DNA of 64,000 nt from the human T2T-CHM13v2.0 reference genome, Homo sapiens: the NCBI RefSeq assembly GCF_009914755.1, contig NC_060943.1, one strand, 5' to 3'. Of the stretch, positions 1 to 13,208 are shown piece by piece. The position numbers and the translations under genes are program-made. The stretch's first letter is position 1. The number at the start of each line of letters is the position of its first letter. Under the pieces are notes generated by a model. It was not told the DNA's origin, ran no database searches, and was given only the letters and a program-made list of their open reading frames with translations.

Positions 1-246
1 ACCTTTCTTTTCATAGAGCAGTTGGGAAACACTCTGTTTGTAAAGTCTGCAAGTGGATATTCAGACATCCTTGAGGCTTTCGTTGGAAAAGGGATTTCTT
101 CATATTCTGCTAGAAAGAAGAATTCTCAGTAACTTCCTTGTGTTGTGTGTATTCAACTCACAGAGTTGAACGATCCTTTACACAGAGCAGACTTGAAACA
201 CTCTTTTTGTGGAATTTGCAAGTGGAGATTTCAGCCGCTTTGAGGT

Positions 247-263
247 CAATGGTAGAATAGGAA
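247..263 (+). promoter_or_regulatory. A-type monomer box (pJalpha-box-equivalent position), representative copy; alternates with CENP-B boxes
   Basis: CAATGGTAGAATAGGAA sits at the position homologous to the CENP-B box in the other monomer. It resembles the A-box/pJalpha consensus (CTAYGGTGRAAAAGGAA) with several mismatches. Confidence 0.65.
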
Positions 264-417
264 ATATCTTCCTATAGAAACTAGACAGAATGATTCTCAG
301 AAACTCCTTTGTGATGTGTGCGTTCAACTCACAGAGTTTAACCTTTCTTTTCATAGAGCAGTTAGGAAACACTCTGTTTGTAAAGTCTGCAAGTGGATAT
401 TCAGACCTCCTTGAGGC

Positions 418-434
418 CTTCGTTGGAAACGGGA
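418..434 (+). promoter_or_regulatory. CENP-B box (representative copy; one per 340-bp dimer across the window)
   Basis: CTTCGTTGGAAACGGGA matches the 17-bp CENP-B box, with all core positions nTTCGnnnnAnnCGGGn intact. The common variants TTTCG...AAACGGG and CTTCG...AAGCGGG also keep the core. Confidence 0.95.
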
Positions 435-1309
435 TTTCTTCATATTATGCTAGACAGAAGAATTCTCAGTAACTTCCTTGTGTTGTGTGTATTCAACTCA
501 CAGAGTCGAACGATCCTTTACACAGAGCAGACTTGAAACACTCTTTTTGTGGAATTTGCAAGTGGAGATTTCAGCCGCTTTGAGTTCAATGGTAGAATAG
601 GAAATATCTTCCTATAGAAACTAGACAGAATGATTCTCAGAAACTCCTTTGTGATGTGTGCGTTCAACTCACAGAGTTTAACCTTTCTTTTCATAGAGCA
701 GTTGGGAAACACTCTGTTTGTAAAGTCTGCAAGTAGATATTCAGACATCCTTGAGGCTTTCGTTGGAAACGGGATTTCTTCATATTCTGCTAGAAAGAAG
801 AATTCTCAGTAACTTCCTTGTGTTGTGTGTATTCAACTCACAGAGTTGAACGATCCTTTACACAGAGCAGACTTGAAACACTCTTTTTGTGGAATTTGCA
901 AGTGGAGATTTCAGCCGCTTTGAGGTCAATGGTAGAATAGGAAATATCTTCCTATAGAAACTAGACAGAATGATTCTCAGAAACTCCTTTGTGATGTGTG
1001 CGTTCAACTCACAGAGTTTAACCTTTCTTTTCATAGAGCAGTTGGGAAACACTCTGTTTGTAAAGTCTGCAAGTGGATATTCAGACATCCTTGAGGCTTT
1101 CGTTGGAAAAGGGATTTCTTCATATTCTGCTAGAAAGAAGAATTCTCAGTAACTTCCTTGTGTTGTGTGTATTCAACTCACAGAGTTGAACGATCCTTTA
1201 CACAGAGCAGACTTGAAACACTCTTTTTGTGGAATTTGCAAGTGGAGATTTCAGCCGCTTTGAGGTCAATGGTAGAATAGGAAATATCTTCCTATAGAAA
1301 GTAGACAGA

Positions 1310-3008
1310 ATGATTCTCAGAAACTCCTTTGTGATGTGTGCGTTCAACTCACAGAGTTTAACCTTTCTTTTCATAGAGCAGTTAGGAAACACTCTGTTTG
1401 TAAAGTCTGCAAGTGGATATTCAGACCTCCTTGAGGCCTTCGTTGGAAGCGGGATTTCTTCATGTTCTGCTAGACAGAAGAATTCTCAGAAACTTCCTTG
1501 TGTTGTGTGTTTTCAACTCACAGAGTTGAACGATCCTTTACACAGAGCAGACTTGAAACACTCCTTTTGTGGAATTTGCAAGTGGAGATTTCAGCCGCTT
1601 TGAGGTCAATGGTAGAACAGGAAATATCTTCCTATAGAAACTAGACAGAATGATTCTGAGAAATCCTTTGTGATGTGTGCGTTCAACTCACAGAGTTTAA
1701 CCTTTCTTTTCATAGAGCAGTTAGGAAACACTCTGTTTGTAAAGTCTGCAAGTGGATATTCAGACCTCCTTGAGGCCTTCGTTGGAAACGGGATTTCTTC
1801 ATATTATGCTAGAAAGAGGAATTCTCAGGAACTTCCTTGTGTTGTGTGTATTCAACTCACAGAGTTGAACGATCCTTTACACAGAGCAGACTTGAAACAC
1901 TCTTTTTGTGGAATTTGCAAGTGGAGATTTCAGCCGCTTTGAGTTCAATGGTAGAATAGGAAATATCTTCCTATAGAAACTACACAGAATGATTCTCAGA
2001 AACTGCTTTGTGATGTGTGCGTTCAACTCACAGAGTTCAACCTTTCTTTTCATAGAGCAGTTGGGAAACACTCTGTTTGTAAAGTCTGCAAGTGGATATT
2101 CAGACTTCTTTGAGGCCTTCGTTGGAAGCGGGATTTCTTCATATTCTGCTAGACAGAAGAATTCTCAGTAACTTCCTTGTGTTGTGTGTATTCAACTCAC
2201 AGAGTTGAACGATCCTTTACACAGAGCAGACTTGAAACACTCTTTTTGTGGAATTTGCAAGTGGAGATTTCAGCCGCTTTGAGGTCAATGGTAGAATAGG
2301 AAATATCTTCCTTTAGAAAATAGACAGAATGATTCTCAGAAACTCCTTTGTGATGTGTGCGTTCAACTCACAGAGTTCAACCTTTCTTTTCATAGAGCAG
2401 TTGGGAAACACTCTGTTTGTAAAGTCTGCAAGTGGATATTCAGACTTCTTTGAGGCCTTCGTTGGAAGCGGGATTTCTTCATGTTCTGCTAGACAGAAGA
2501 ATTCTCAGAAACTTCCTTGTGTTGTGTGTTTTCAACTCACAGAGTTGAACGATCCTTTACACAGAGCAGACTTGAAACACTCCTTTTGTGGAATTTGCAA
2601 GTGGAGATTTCAGCCGCTTTGAGGTCAATGGTAGAATAGGAAATATCTTCCTATAGAAAGTAGACAGAATGATTCTCAGAAACTCCTTTGTGATGTGTGC
2701 GTTCAACTCACAGAGTTTAACCTTTCTTTTCATAGAGCAGTTAGGAAACACTCTGTTTGTAAAGTCTGCAAGTGGATATTCAGACCTCCTTGAGGCCTTC
2801 GTTGGAAACAGGATTTCTTCATATTCTGCTAGACAGAAGAATTCTCAGTAACTTCCTTGTGTTGTGTGGATTCAACTCACAGAGTTGAACGATCCTTTAC
2901 ACAGAGCAGACTTGAAACACTCTTTTTGTGGAATTTGCAAGTGGAGATTTCAGCCGCTTTGGGTTCAGTGGTAGAATAGGAAACATCTTCCTATAGAAAC
3001 TAGACAGA
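1310..3008 (+). repeat. Divergent 5-dimer variant block, copy 1 (includes a 339-bp dimer)
   Basis: Private markers: GATTCTGAGAAATCC (1-bp deletion near 1663), GAGGAATTCTCAGGA, TACACAGAAT, AACTGCTTTG, CTTTAGAAA and GGAAACAGG. The same markers recur in the same order at 13209-14906. Confidence 0.85.
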
Positions 3009-6000
3009 ATGATTCTCAGAAACTCCTTTGTGATGTGTGCGTTCAACTCACACAGTTCAACCTTTCTTTTCATAGAGCAGTTGGGAAACACTCTGTTTGT
3101 AAAGTCTGCAAGTGGATATTCAGACTTCTTTGAGGCCTTCGTTGGAAGCGGGATTTCTTCATATTCTGCTAGACAGAAGAATTCTCAGTAACTGCCTTGT
3201 GTTGTGTGTATTCAACTCACAGAGTTGAATGATCCTTTACACAGAGCAGACTTGAAACACTCTTTTTGTGGAATTTGCAAGTGGAGATTTCAGCCGCTTT
3301 GAGGTCAATGGTAGAATAGGAAATATCTTCCTATAGAAACAAGACAGAATGATTCTCAGAAACTCCTTTGTGATGTGTGCGTTCAACTCACAGAGTTCAA
3401 CCTTTCTTTTCATAGAGCAGTTGGGAAACACTCTGTTTGTAAAGTCTGCAAGTGGATATTCAGACTTCTTTGAGGCCTTCGTTGGAAGCGGGATTTCTTC
3501 ATATTCTGCTAGACAGAAGAATTCTCAGTAACTGCCTTGTGTTGTGTGTATTCAACTCACAGAGTTGAACGATCCTTTACACAGAGCAGACTTGAAACAC
3601 TCTTTTTGTGGAATTTGCAAGTGGAGATTTCAGCCGCTTTGAGGTCAATGGTAGAATAGGAAATATCTTCCTATAGAAACTAGACAGAATGATTCTCAGA
3701 AACTCCTTTGTGATGTGTGCGTTCAACTCACAGAGTTTAACCTTTCTTTTCATAGAGCAGTTGGGAAACACTCTGTTTGTAAAGTCTGCAAGTGGATATT
3801 CAGACATCCTTGAGGCTTTCGTTGGAAACGGGATTTCTTCATATTCTGCTAGACAGAAGAATTCTCAGTAACTTCCTTGTGTTGTGTGTATTCAACTCAC
3901 AGAGTTGAACGATCCTTTACACAGAGCAGACTTGAAACACTCTTTTTGTGGAATTTGCAAGTGGAGATTTCAGCCGCTTTGAGGTCAATGGTAGAATAGG
4001 AAATATCTTCCTATAGAAACTAGACAGAATGATTCTCAGAAACTCCTTTGTGATGTGTGCGTTCAACTCACAGAGTTTAACCTTTCTTTTCATAGAGCAG
4101 TTGGGAAACACTCTGTTTGTAAAGTCTGCAAGTGGATATTCAGACATCCTTGAGGCTTTCGTTGGAAAAGGGATTTCTTCATATTCTGCTAGAAAGAAGA
4201 ATTCTCAGTAACTTCCTTGTGTTGTGTGTATTCAACTCACAGAGTTGAACGATCCTTTACACAGAGCAGACTTGAAACACTCTTTTTGTGGAATTTGCAA
4301 GTGGAGATTTCAGCCGCTTTGAGGTCAATGGTAGAATAGGAAATATCTTCCTATAGAAACTAGACAGAATGATTCTCAGAAACTCCTTTGTGATGTGTGC
4401 GTTCAACTCACAGAGTTTAACCTTTCTTTTCATAGAGCAGTTAGGAAACACTCTGTTTGTAAAGTCTGCAAGTGGATATTCAGACCTCCTTGAGGCCTTC
4501 GTTGGAAACGGGATTTCTTCATATTATGCTAGACAGAAGAATTCTCAGTAACTTCCTTGTGTTGTGTGTATTCAACTCACAGAGTTGAACGATCCTTTAC
4601 ACAGAGCAGACTTGAAACACTCTTTTTGTGGAATTTGCAAGTGGAGATTTCAGCCGCTTTGAGTTCAATGGTAGAATAGGAAATATCTTCCTATAGAAAC
4701 TAGACAGAATGATTCTCAGAAACTCCTTTGTGATGTGTGCGTTCAACTCAGAGAGTTCAACCTTTCTTTTCATAGAGCAGTTGGGAAACACTCTGTTTGT
4801 AAAGTCTGCAAGTGGATATTCAGACTTCTTTGAGGCCTTCATTGGAAGCGGGATTTCTTCATGTTCTGCTAGACAGAAGAATTCTCAGAAACTTCCTTGT
4901 GTTGTGTGTTTTCAACTCACAGAGTTGAACGATCCTTTACACAGAGCAGACTTGAAACACTCCTTTTGTGGAATTTGCAAGTGGAGATTTCAGCCGCTTT
5001 GAGGTCAATGGTAGAATAGGAAATATCTTCCTATTGAAAGTAGACAGAATGATTCTCAGAAACTCCTTTGTGATGTGTGCGTTCAACTCACAGAGTTTAA
5101 CCTTTCTTTTCATAGAGCAGTTAGGAAACACTCTGTTTGTAAAGTCTGCAAGTGGATATTCAGACCTCCTTGAGGCCTTCGTTGGAAACGGGATTTCTTC
5201 ATATTTTGCTAGACAGAAGAATTCTCAGTAACTTCCTTGTGTTGTGTGTATTCAACTCACAGAGTTGAACGATCCTTTACACAGAGAAGACTTGAAACAC
5301 TCTTTTTGTGGAATTTGCAAGTGGAGATTTCAGCCGCTGTGAGTTCAATGGTAGAATAGGAAATATCTTCCTATAGAAACTAGACAGAATGATTCTCAGA
5401 AACTCCTTTGTGATGTGTGCGTTCAACTCACAGAGTTCAACCTTTCTTTTCATAGAGCAGTTGGGAAACACTCTGTTTGTAAAGTCTGCAAGTGGATATT
5501 CAGACCTCCTTGAGGCCTTCGTTGGAAACGGGATTTCTTCATATTCTGCTAGACAGAAGAATTCGCAGTAACTTCCTTGTGTTGTGTGTATTCAACTCAC
5601 AGAGTTGAACGATCCTTTACACAGAGCAGACTTGAAACACTCTTTTTGTGGAATTTGCAAGTGGAGATTTCAGCCGCTTTGAGTTCAATGGTAGAATAGG
5701 AAATATCTTCCTATAGAAACTAGACAGAATGATTCTCAGAAACTCCTTTGTGATGTGTGCGTTCAACTCACAGAGTTCAACCTTTCTTTTCATAGAGCAG
5801 TTGGGAAACACTCTGTTTGTAAAGTCTGCAAGTGGATATTCAGACTTCTTTGAGGCCTTCGTTGGAAGCGGGATTTCTTCATATTCTGCTAGACAGAAGA
5901 ATTCTCAGTAACTTCCTTGTGTTGTGTGTATTCAACTCACAGAGTTGAACGATCCTTTACACAGAGCAGACTTGAAACACTCTTTTTGTGGAATTTGCAA

Positions 6001-9000
6001 GTGGAGATTTCAGCCGCTTTGAGGTCAATGGTAGAATAGGAAATATCTTCCTATAGAAACTAGACAGAATGATTCTCAGAAACTCCTTTGTGATGTGTGC
6101 GTTCAACTCACAGAGTTTAACCTTTCTTTTCATAGAGCAGTTGGGAAACACTCTGTTTGTAAAGTCTGCAAGTGGATATTCAGACATCCTTGAGGCTTTC
6201 GTTGGAAAAGGGATTTCTTCATATTCTGCTAGAAAGAAGAATTCTCAGTAACTTCCTTGTGTTGTGTGTATTCAACTCACAGAGTTGAACGATCCTTTAC
6301 ACAGAGCAGACTTGAAACACTCTTTTTGTGGAATTTGCAAGTGGAGATTTCAGCCGCTTTGAGGTCAATGGTAGAATAGGAAATATCTTCCTATAGAAAC
6401 TAGACAGAATGATTCTCAGAAACTCCTTTGTGATGTGTGCGTTCAACTCACAGAGTTTAACCTTTCTTTTCATAGAGCAGTTAGGAAACACTCTGTTTGT
6501 AAAGTCTGCAAGTGGATATTCAGACGTCCTTGAGGCCTTCGTTGGAAACGGGATTTCTTCATATTATGCTAGACAGAAGAATTCTCAGTAACTTCCTTGT
6601 GTTGTGTGTATTCAACTCACAGAGTTGAACGATCCTTTACACAGAGCAGACTTGAAACACTCTTTTTGTGGAATTTGCAAGTGGAGATTTCAGCCGCTTT
6701 GAGTTCAATGGTAGAATAGGAAATATCTTCCTATAGAAACTAGACAGAATGATTCTCAGAAACTCCTTTGTGATGTGTGCGTTCAACTCACAGAGTTCAA
6801 CCTTTCTTTTCATAGAGCAGTTGGGAAACACTCTGTTTGTAAAGTCTGCAAGTGGATATTCAGACTTCTTTGAGGCCTTCGTTGGAAGCGGGATTGCTTC
6901 ATGTTCTGCTAGACAGAAGAATTCTCAGAAACTTCCTTGTGTTGTGTGTTTTCAACTCACAGAGTTGAACGATCCTTTACACAGAGCAGACTTGAAACAC
7001 TCCTTTTGTGGAATTTGCAAGTGGAGATTTCAGCCGCTTTGAGGTCAATGGTAGAATAGGAAATATCTTCCTATAGAAAGTAGACAGAATGATTCTCAGA
7101 AACTCCTTTGTGATGTGTGCGTTCAACTCACAGAGTTTAACCTTTCTTTTCATAGAGCAGTTAGGAAACACTCTGTTTGTAAAGTCTGCAAGTGGATATT
7201 CAGACCTCCTTGAGGCCTTCGTTGGAAACGGGATTTCTTCATATTATGCTAGACAGAAGAATTCTCAGTAACTTCCTTGTGTTGTGTGTATTCAACTCAC
7301 AGAGTTGAACGATCCTTTACACAGAGCAGACTTGAAACACTCTTTTTGTGGAATTTGCAAGTGGAGATTTCAGCCGCTGTGAGTTCAATGGTAGAATAGG
7401 AAATATCTTCCTATAGAAACTAGACAGAATGATTCTCAGAAACTCCTTTGTGATGTGTGCGTTCAACTCACAGAGTTCAACCTTTCTTTTCATAGAGCAG
7501 TTGGGAAACACTCTGTTTGTAAAGTCTGCAAGTGGATATTCAGACTTCTTTGAGGCCTTCGTTGGAAGCGGGATTTCTTCATATTCTGCTAGACAGAAGA
7601 ATTCTCAGTAACTGCCTTGTGTTGTGTGTATTCAACTCACAGAGTTGAACGATCCTTTACACAGAGCAGACTTGAAACACTCTTTTTGTGGAATTTGCAA
7701 GTGGAGATTTCAGCCGCTTTGAGGTCAATGGTAGAATAGGAAATATCTTCCTATAGAAACTAGACAGAATGATTCTCAGAAACTCCTTTGTGATGTGTGC
7801 GTTCAACTCACAGAGTTTAACCTTTCTTTTCATAGAGCAGTTAGGAAACACTCTGATTGTAAAGTCTGCAAGTGGATATTCAGACCTCCTTGAGGCCTTC
7901 GTTGGAAACGGGATTTCTTCATATTATGCTAGACAGAAGAATTCTCAGTAACTTCCTTGTGTTGTGTGTATTCAACTCACAGAGTTGAACGATCCTTTAC
8001 ACAGAGCAGACTTGAAACACTCTTTTTGTGGAATTTGCAAGTGGAGATTTCAGCCGCTGTGAGTTCAATGGTAGAATAGGAAATATCTTCCTGTAGAAAC
8101 TAGACAGAATGATTCTCAGAAACTCCTTTGTGATGTGTGCGTTCAACTCACAGAGTTCAACCTTTCTTTTCATAGAGCAGTTGGGAAACACTCTGTTTGT
8201 AAAGTCTGCAAGTGGATATTCAGACTTCTTTGAGGCCTTCGTTGGAAGCGGGATTTCTTCATATTCTGCTAGACAGAAGAATTCTCAGTAACTTCCTTGT
8301 GTTGTGTGTATTCAACTCACAGAGTTGAACGATCCTTTACACAGAGCAGACTTGAAACACTCTTTTTGTGGAATTTGCAAGTGGAGATTTCACCCGCTTT
8401 GAGGTCAATGGTAGAATAGGAAATATCTTCCTATAGAAAGTAGACAGAATGATTCTCAGAAACTCCTTTGTGATGTGTGCGTTCAACTCACAGAGTTTAA
8501 CCTTTCTTTTCATAGAGCAGTTAGGAAACACTCTGATTGTAAAGTCTGCAAGTGGATATTCAGACCTCCTTGAGGCCTTCGTTGGAAACGGGATTTCTTC
8601 ATATTATGCTAGACAGAAGAATTCTCAGTAACTTCCTTGTGTTGTGTGTATTCAACTCACAGAGTTGAACGATCCTTTACACAGAGCAGACTTGAAACAC
8701 TCTTTTTGTGGAATTTGCAAGTGGAGATTTCAGCCGCTTTGAGTTCAATGGTAGAATAGGAAATATCTTCCTATAGAAACTAGACAGAATGATTCTCAGA
8801 AACTCCTTTGTGATGTGTGCGTTCAACTCACAGAGTTCAACCTTTCTTTTCATAGAGCAGTTGGGAAACACTCTGTTTGTAAAGTCTGCAAGTGGATATT
8901 CAGACTTCTTTGAGGCCTTCGTTGGAAGCGGGATTTCTTCATATTCTGCTAGACAGAAGAATTCTCAGTAACTTCCTTGTGTTGTGTGTATTCAACTCAC

Positions 9001-12000
9001 AGAGTTGAACGATCCTTTACACAGAGCAGACTTGAAACACTCTTTTTGTGGAATTTGCAAGTGGAGATTTCAGCCGCTTTGAGGTCAATGGTAGAATAGG
9101 AAATATCTTCCTATAGAAACTAGACAGAATGATTCTCAGAAACTCCTTTGTGATGTGTGCGTTCAACTCACAGAGTTTAACCTTTCTTTTCATAGAGCAG
9201 TTAGGAAACACTCTGATTGTAAAGTCTGCAAGTGGATATTCAGACCTCCTTGAGGCCTTCGTTGGAAACGGGATTTCTTCATATTATGCTAGACAGAAGA
9301 ATTCTCAGTAACTTCCTTGTGTTGTGTGTATTCAACTCACAGAGTTGAACGATCCTTTACACAGAGCAGACTTGAAACACTCTTTTTGTGGAATTTGCAA
9401 GTGGAGATTTCAGCCGCTTTGAGTTCAATGGTAGAATAGGAAATATCTTCCTATAGAAATTAGACAGAATGATTCTCAGAAACTCCTTTGTGATGTGTGC
9501 GTTCAACTCACAGAGTTCAACCTTTCTTTTCATAGAGCAGTTGGGAAACACTCTGTTTGTAAAGTCTGCAAGTGGATATTCAGACTTCTTTGAGGCCTTC
9601 GTTGGAAGCGGGATTTCTTCATATTCTGCTAGACAGAAGAATTCTCAGTAACTTCCTTGTGTTGTGTGTATTCAACTCACAGAGTTGAACGATCCTTTAC
9701 ACAGAGCAGACATGAAACACTCTTTTTGTGGAATTTGCAAGTGGAGATTTCAGCCGCTTTGAGGTCAATGGTAGAATAGGAAATATCTTCCTATAGAAAC
9801 TAGACAGAATGATTCTCAGAAACTCCTTTGTGATGTGTGCGTTCAACTCACAGAGTTTAACCTTTCTTTTCATAGAGCAGTTAGGAAACACTCTGTTTGT
9901 AAAGTCTGCAAGTGGATATTCAGACATCCTTGAGGCTTTCGTTGGAAACGGGATTTCTTCATATTCTGCTAGAAAGAAGAATTCTCAGTAACTTCCTTAT
10001 GCTGTGTGTATTCAACTCACAGAGTTGAACGATCCTTTACACAGAGCAGACTTGAAACACTCTTTTTGTGGAATTTGCAAGTGGAGATTTCAGCCGCTGT
10101 GAGGTCAATGGTAGAATAGGAAATATCTTCCTATAGAAACTAGACAGAATGATTCTCAGAAACTCCTTTGTGATGTGTGCGTTCAACTCACAGAGTTTAA
10201 CCTTTCTTTTCATAGAGCAGTTGGGAAACACTCTGTTTGTAAAGTCTGCAAGTGGATATTCAGACATCCTTGAGGCTTTCGTTGGAAACGGGATTTCTTC
10301 ATATTCTGCTAGAAAGAAGAATTCTCAGTAACTTCCTTGTGTTGTGTGTATTCAACTCACAGAGTTGAACGATCCTTTACACAGAGCAGACTTGAAACAC
10401 TCTTTTTGTGGAATTTGCAAGTGGAGATTTCAGCCGCTTTGAGGTCAATGGTAGAATAGGAAATATCTTCCTATAGAAACTAGACAGAATGATTCTCAGA
10501 AACTCCTTTGTGATGTGTGCGTTCAACTCACAGAGTTCAACCTTTCTTTTCATAGAGCAGTTGGGAAACACTCTGTTTGTAAAGTCTGCAAGTGGATATT
10601 CAGACTTCTTTGAGGCCTTCGTTGGAAGCGGGATTTCTTCATGTTCTGCTAGACAGAAGAATTCTCAGAAACTTCCTTGTGTTGTGTGTTTTCAACTCAC
10701 AGAGTTGAACGATCCTTTACACAGAGCAGACTTGAAACACTCCTTTTGTGGAATTTGCAAGTGGAGATTTCAGCCGCTTTGAGGTCAATGGTAGAATAGG
10801 AAATATCTTCCTATAGAAACTAGACAGAATGATTCTCAGAAACTCCTTTGTGATGTGTGCGTTCAACTCACAGAGTTTAACCTTTCTTTTCATAGAGCAG
10901 TTAGGAAACACTCTGTTTGTAAAGTCTGCAAGTGGATATTCAGACCTCCTTGAGGCCTTCGTTGGAAACGGGATTTCTTCATATTATGCTAGACAGAAGA
11001 ATTCTCAGTAACTTCCTTGTGTTGTGTGTATTCAACTCACAGAGTTGAACGATCCTTTACACAGAGCAGACTTGAAACACTCTTTTTTTGGAATTTGCAA
11101 GTGGAGATTTCAGCCGCTGTGAGTTCAATGGTAGAATAGGAAATATCTTCCTATAGAAACTAGACAGAATGATTCTCAGAAACTCCTTTGTGATGTGTGC
11201 GTTCAACTCACAGAGTTCAACCTTTCTTTTCATAGAGCAGTTGGGAAACACTCTGTTTGTAAAGTCTGCAAGTGGATATTCAGACTTCTTTGAGGCCTTC
11301 GTTGGAAGCGGGATTTCTTCATATTCTGCTAGACAGAAGAATTCTCAGTAACTGCCTTGTGTTGTGTGTATTCAACTCACAGAGTTGAACGATCCTTTAC
11401 ACAGAGCAGACTTGAAACACTCTTTTTGTGGAATTTGCAAGTGGAGATTTCAGCCGCTTTGAGGTCAATGGTAGAATAGGAAATATCTTCCTATAGAAAC
11501 TAGACAGAATGATTCTCAGAAACTCCTTTGTGATGTGTGCGTTCAACTCACAGAGTTTAACCTTTCTTTTCATAGAGCAGTTAGGAAACACTCTGATTGT
11601 AAAGTCTGCAAGTGGATATTCAGACCTCCTTGAGGCCTTCGTTGGAAACGGGATTTCTTCATATTATGCTAGACAGAAGAATTCTCAGTAACTTCCTTGT
11701 GTTGTGTGTATTCAACTCACAGAGTTGAACGATCCTTTACACAGAGCAGACATGAAACACTCTTTTTGTGGAATTTGCAAGTGGAGATTTCAGCCGCTTT
11801 GAGGTCAATGGTAGAATAGGAAATATCTTCCTATAGAAACTAGACAGAATGATTCTCAGAAACTCCTTTGTGATGTGTGCGTTCAACTCACAGAGTTTAA
11901 CCTTTCTTTTCATAGAGCAGTTAGGAAACACTCTGTTTGTAAAGTCTGCAAGTGGATATTCAGACATCCTTGAGGCTTTCGTTGGAAACGGGATTTCTTC

Positions 12001-13208
12001 ATATTCTGCTAGAAAGAAGAATTCTCAGTAACTTCCTTGTGTTGTGTGTATTCAACTCACAGAGTTGAACGATCCTTTACACAGAGCAGACTTGAAACAC
12101 TCTTTTTGTGGAATTTGCAAGTGGAGATTTCAGCCGCTTTGAGTTCAATGGTAGAATAGGAAATATCTTCCTATAGAAACTAGACAGAATGATTCTCAGA
12201 AACTCCTTTGTGATGTGTGCGTTCAACTCACAGAGTTCAACCTTTCTTTTCATAGAGCAGTTGGGAAACACTCTGTTTGTAAAGTCTGCAAGTGGATATT
12301 CAGACTTCTTTGAGGCCTTCGTTGGAAGCGGGATTTCTTCATGTTCTGCTAGACAGAAGAATTCTCAGAAACTTCCTTGTGTTGTGTGTTTTCAACTCAC
12401 AGAGTTGAACGATCCTTTACACAGAGCAGACTTGAAACACTCCTTTTGTGGAATTTGCAAGTGGAGATTTCAGCCGCTTTGAGGTCAATGGTAGAATAGG
12501 AAATATCTTCCTATAGAAAGTAGACAGAATGATTCTCAGAAACTCCTTTGTGATGTGTGCGTTCAACTCACAGAGTTTAACCTTTCTTTTCATAGAGCAG
12601 TTAGGAAACACTCTGTTTGTAAAGTCTGCAAGTGGATATTCAGACCTCCTTGAGGCCTTCGTTGGAAACGGGATTTCTTCATATTATGCTAGACAGAAGA
12701 ATTCTCAGTAACTTCCTTGTGTTGTGTGTATTCAACTCACAGAGTTGAACGATCCTTTACACAGAGCAGACTTGAAACACTCTTTTTGTGGAATTTGCAA
12801 GTGGAGATTTCAGCCGCTGTGAGTTCAATGGTAGAATAGGAAATATCTTCCTATAGAAACTAGACAGAATGATTCTCAGAAACTCCTTTGTGATGTGTGC
12901 GTTCAACTCACAGAGTTCAACCTTTCTTTTCATAGAGCAGTTGGGAAACACTCTGTTTGTAAAGTCTGCAAGTGGATATTCAGACTTCTTTGAGGCCTTC
13001 GTTGGAAGCGGGATTTCTTCATATTCTGCTAGACAGAAGAATTCTCAGTAACTGCCTTGTGTTGTGTGTATTCAACTCACAGAGTTGAACGATCCTTTAC
13101 ACAGAGCAGACTTGAAACACTCTTTTTGTGGAATTTGCAAGTGGAGATTTCAGCCGCTTTGAGGTCAATGGTAGAATAGGAAATATCTTCCTATAGAAAG
13201 TAGACAGA

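Noticed and set aside
1310-1603. Longer 97-aa ORF variant as a selected read-through product
   Set aside because: It results from a single TAA>AAA SNP (CAGTAAC>CAGAAAC) that matches the homologous site of the other monomer. There is no evidence of coding function.
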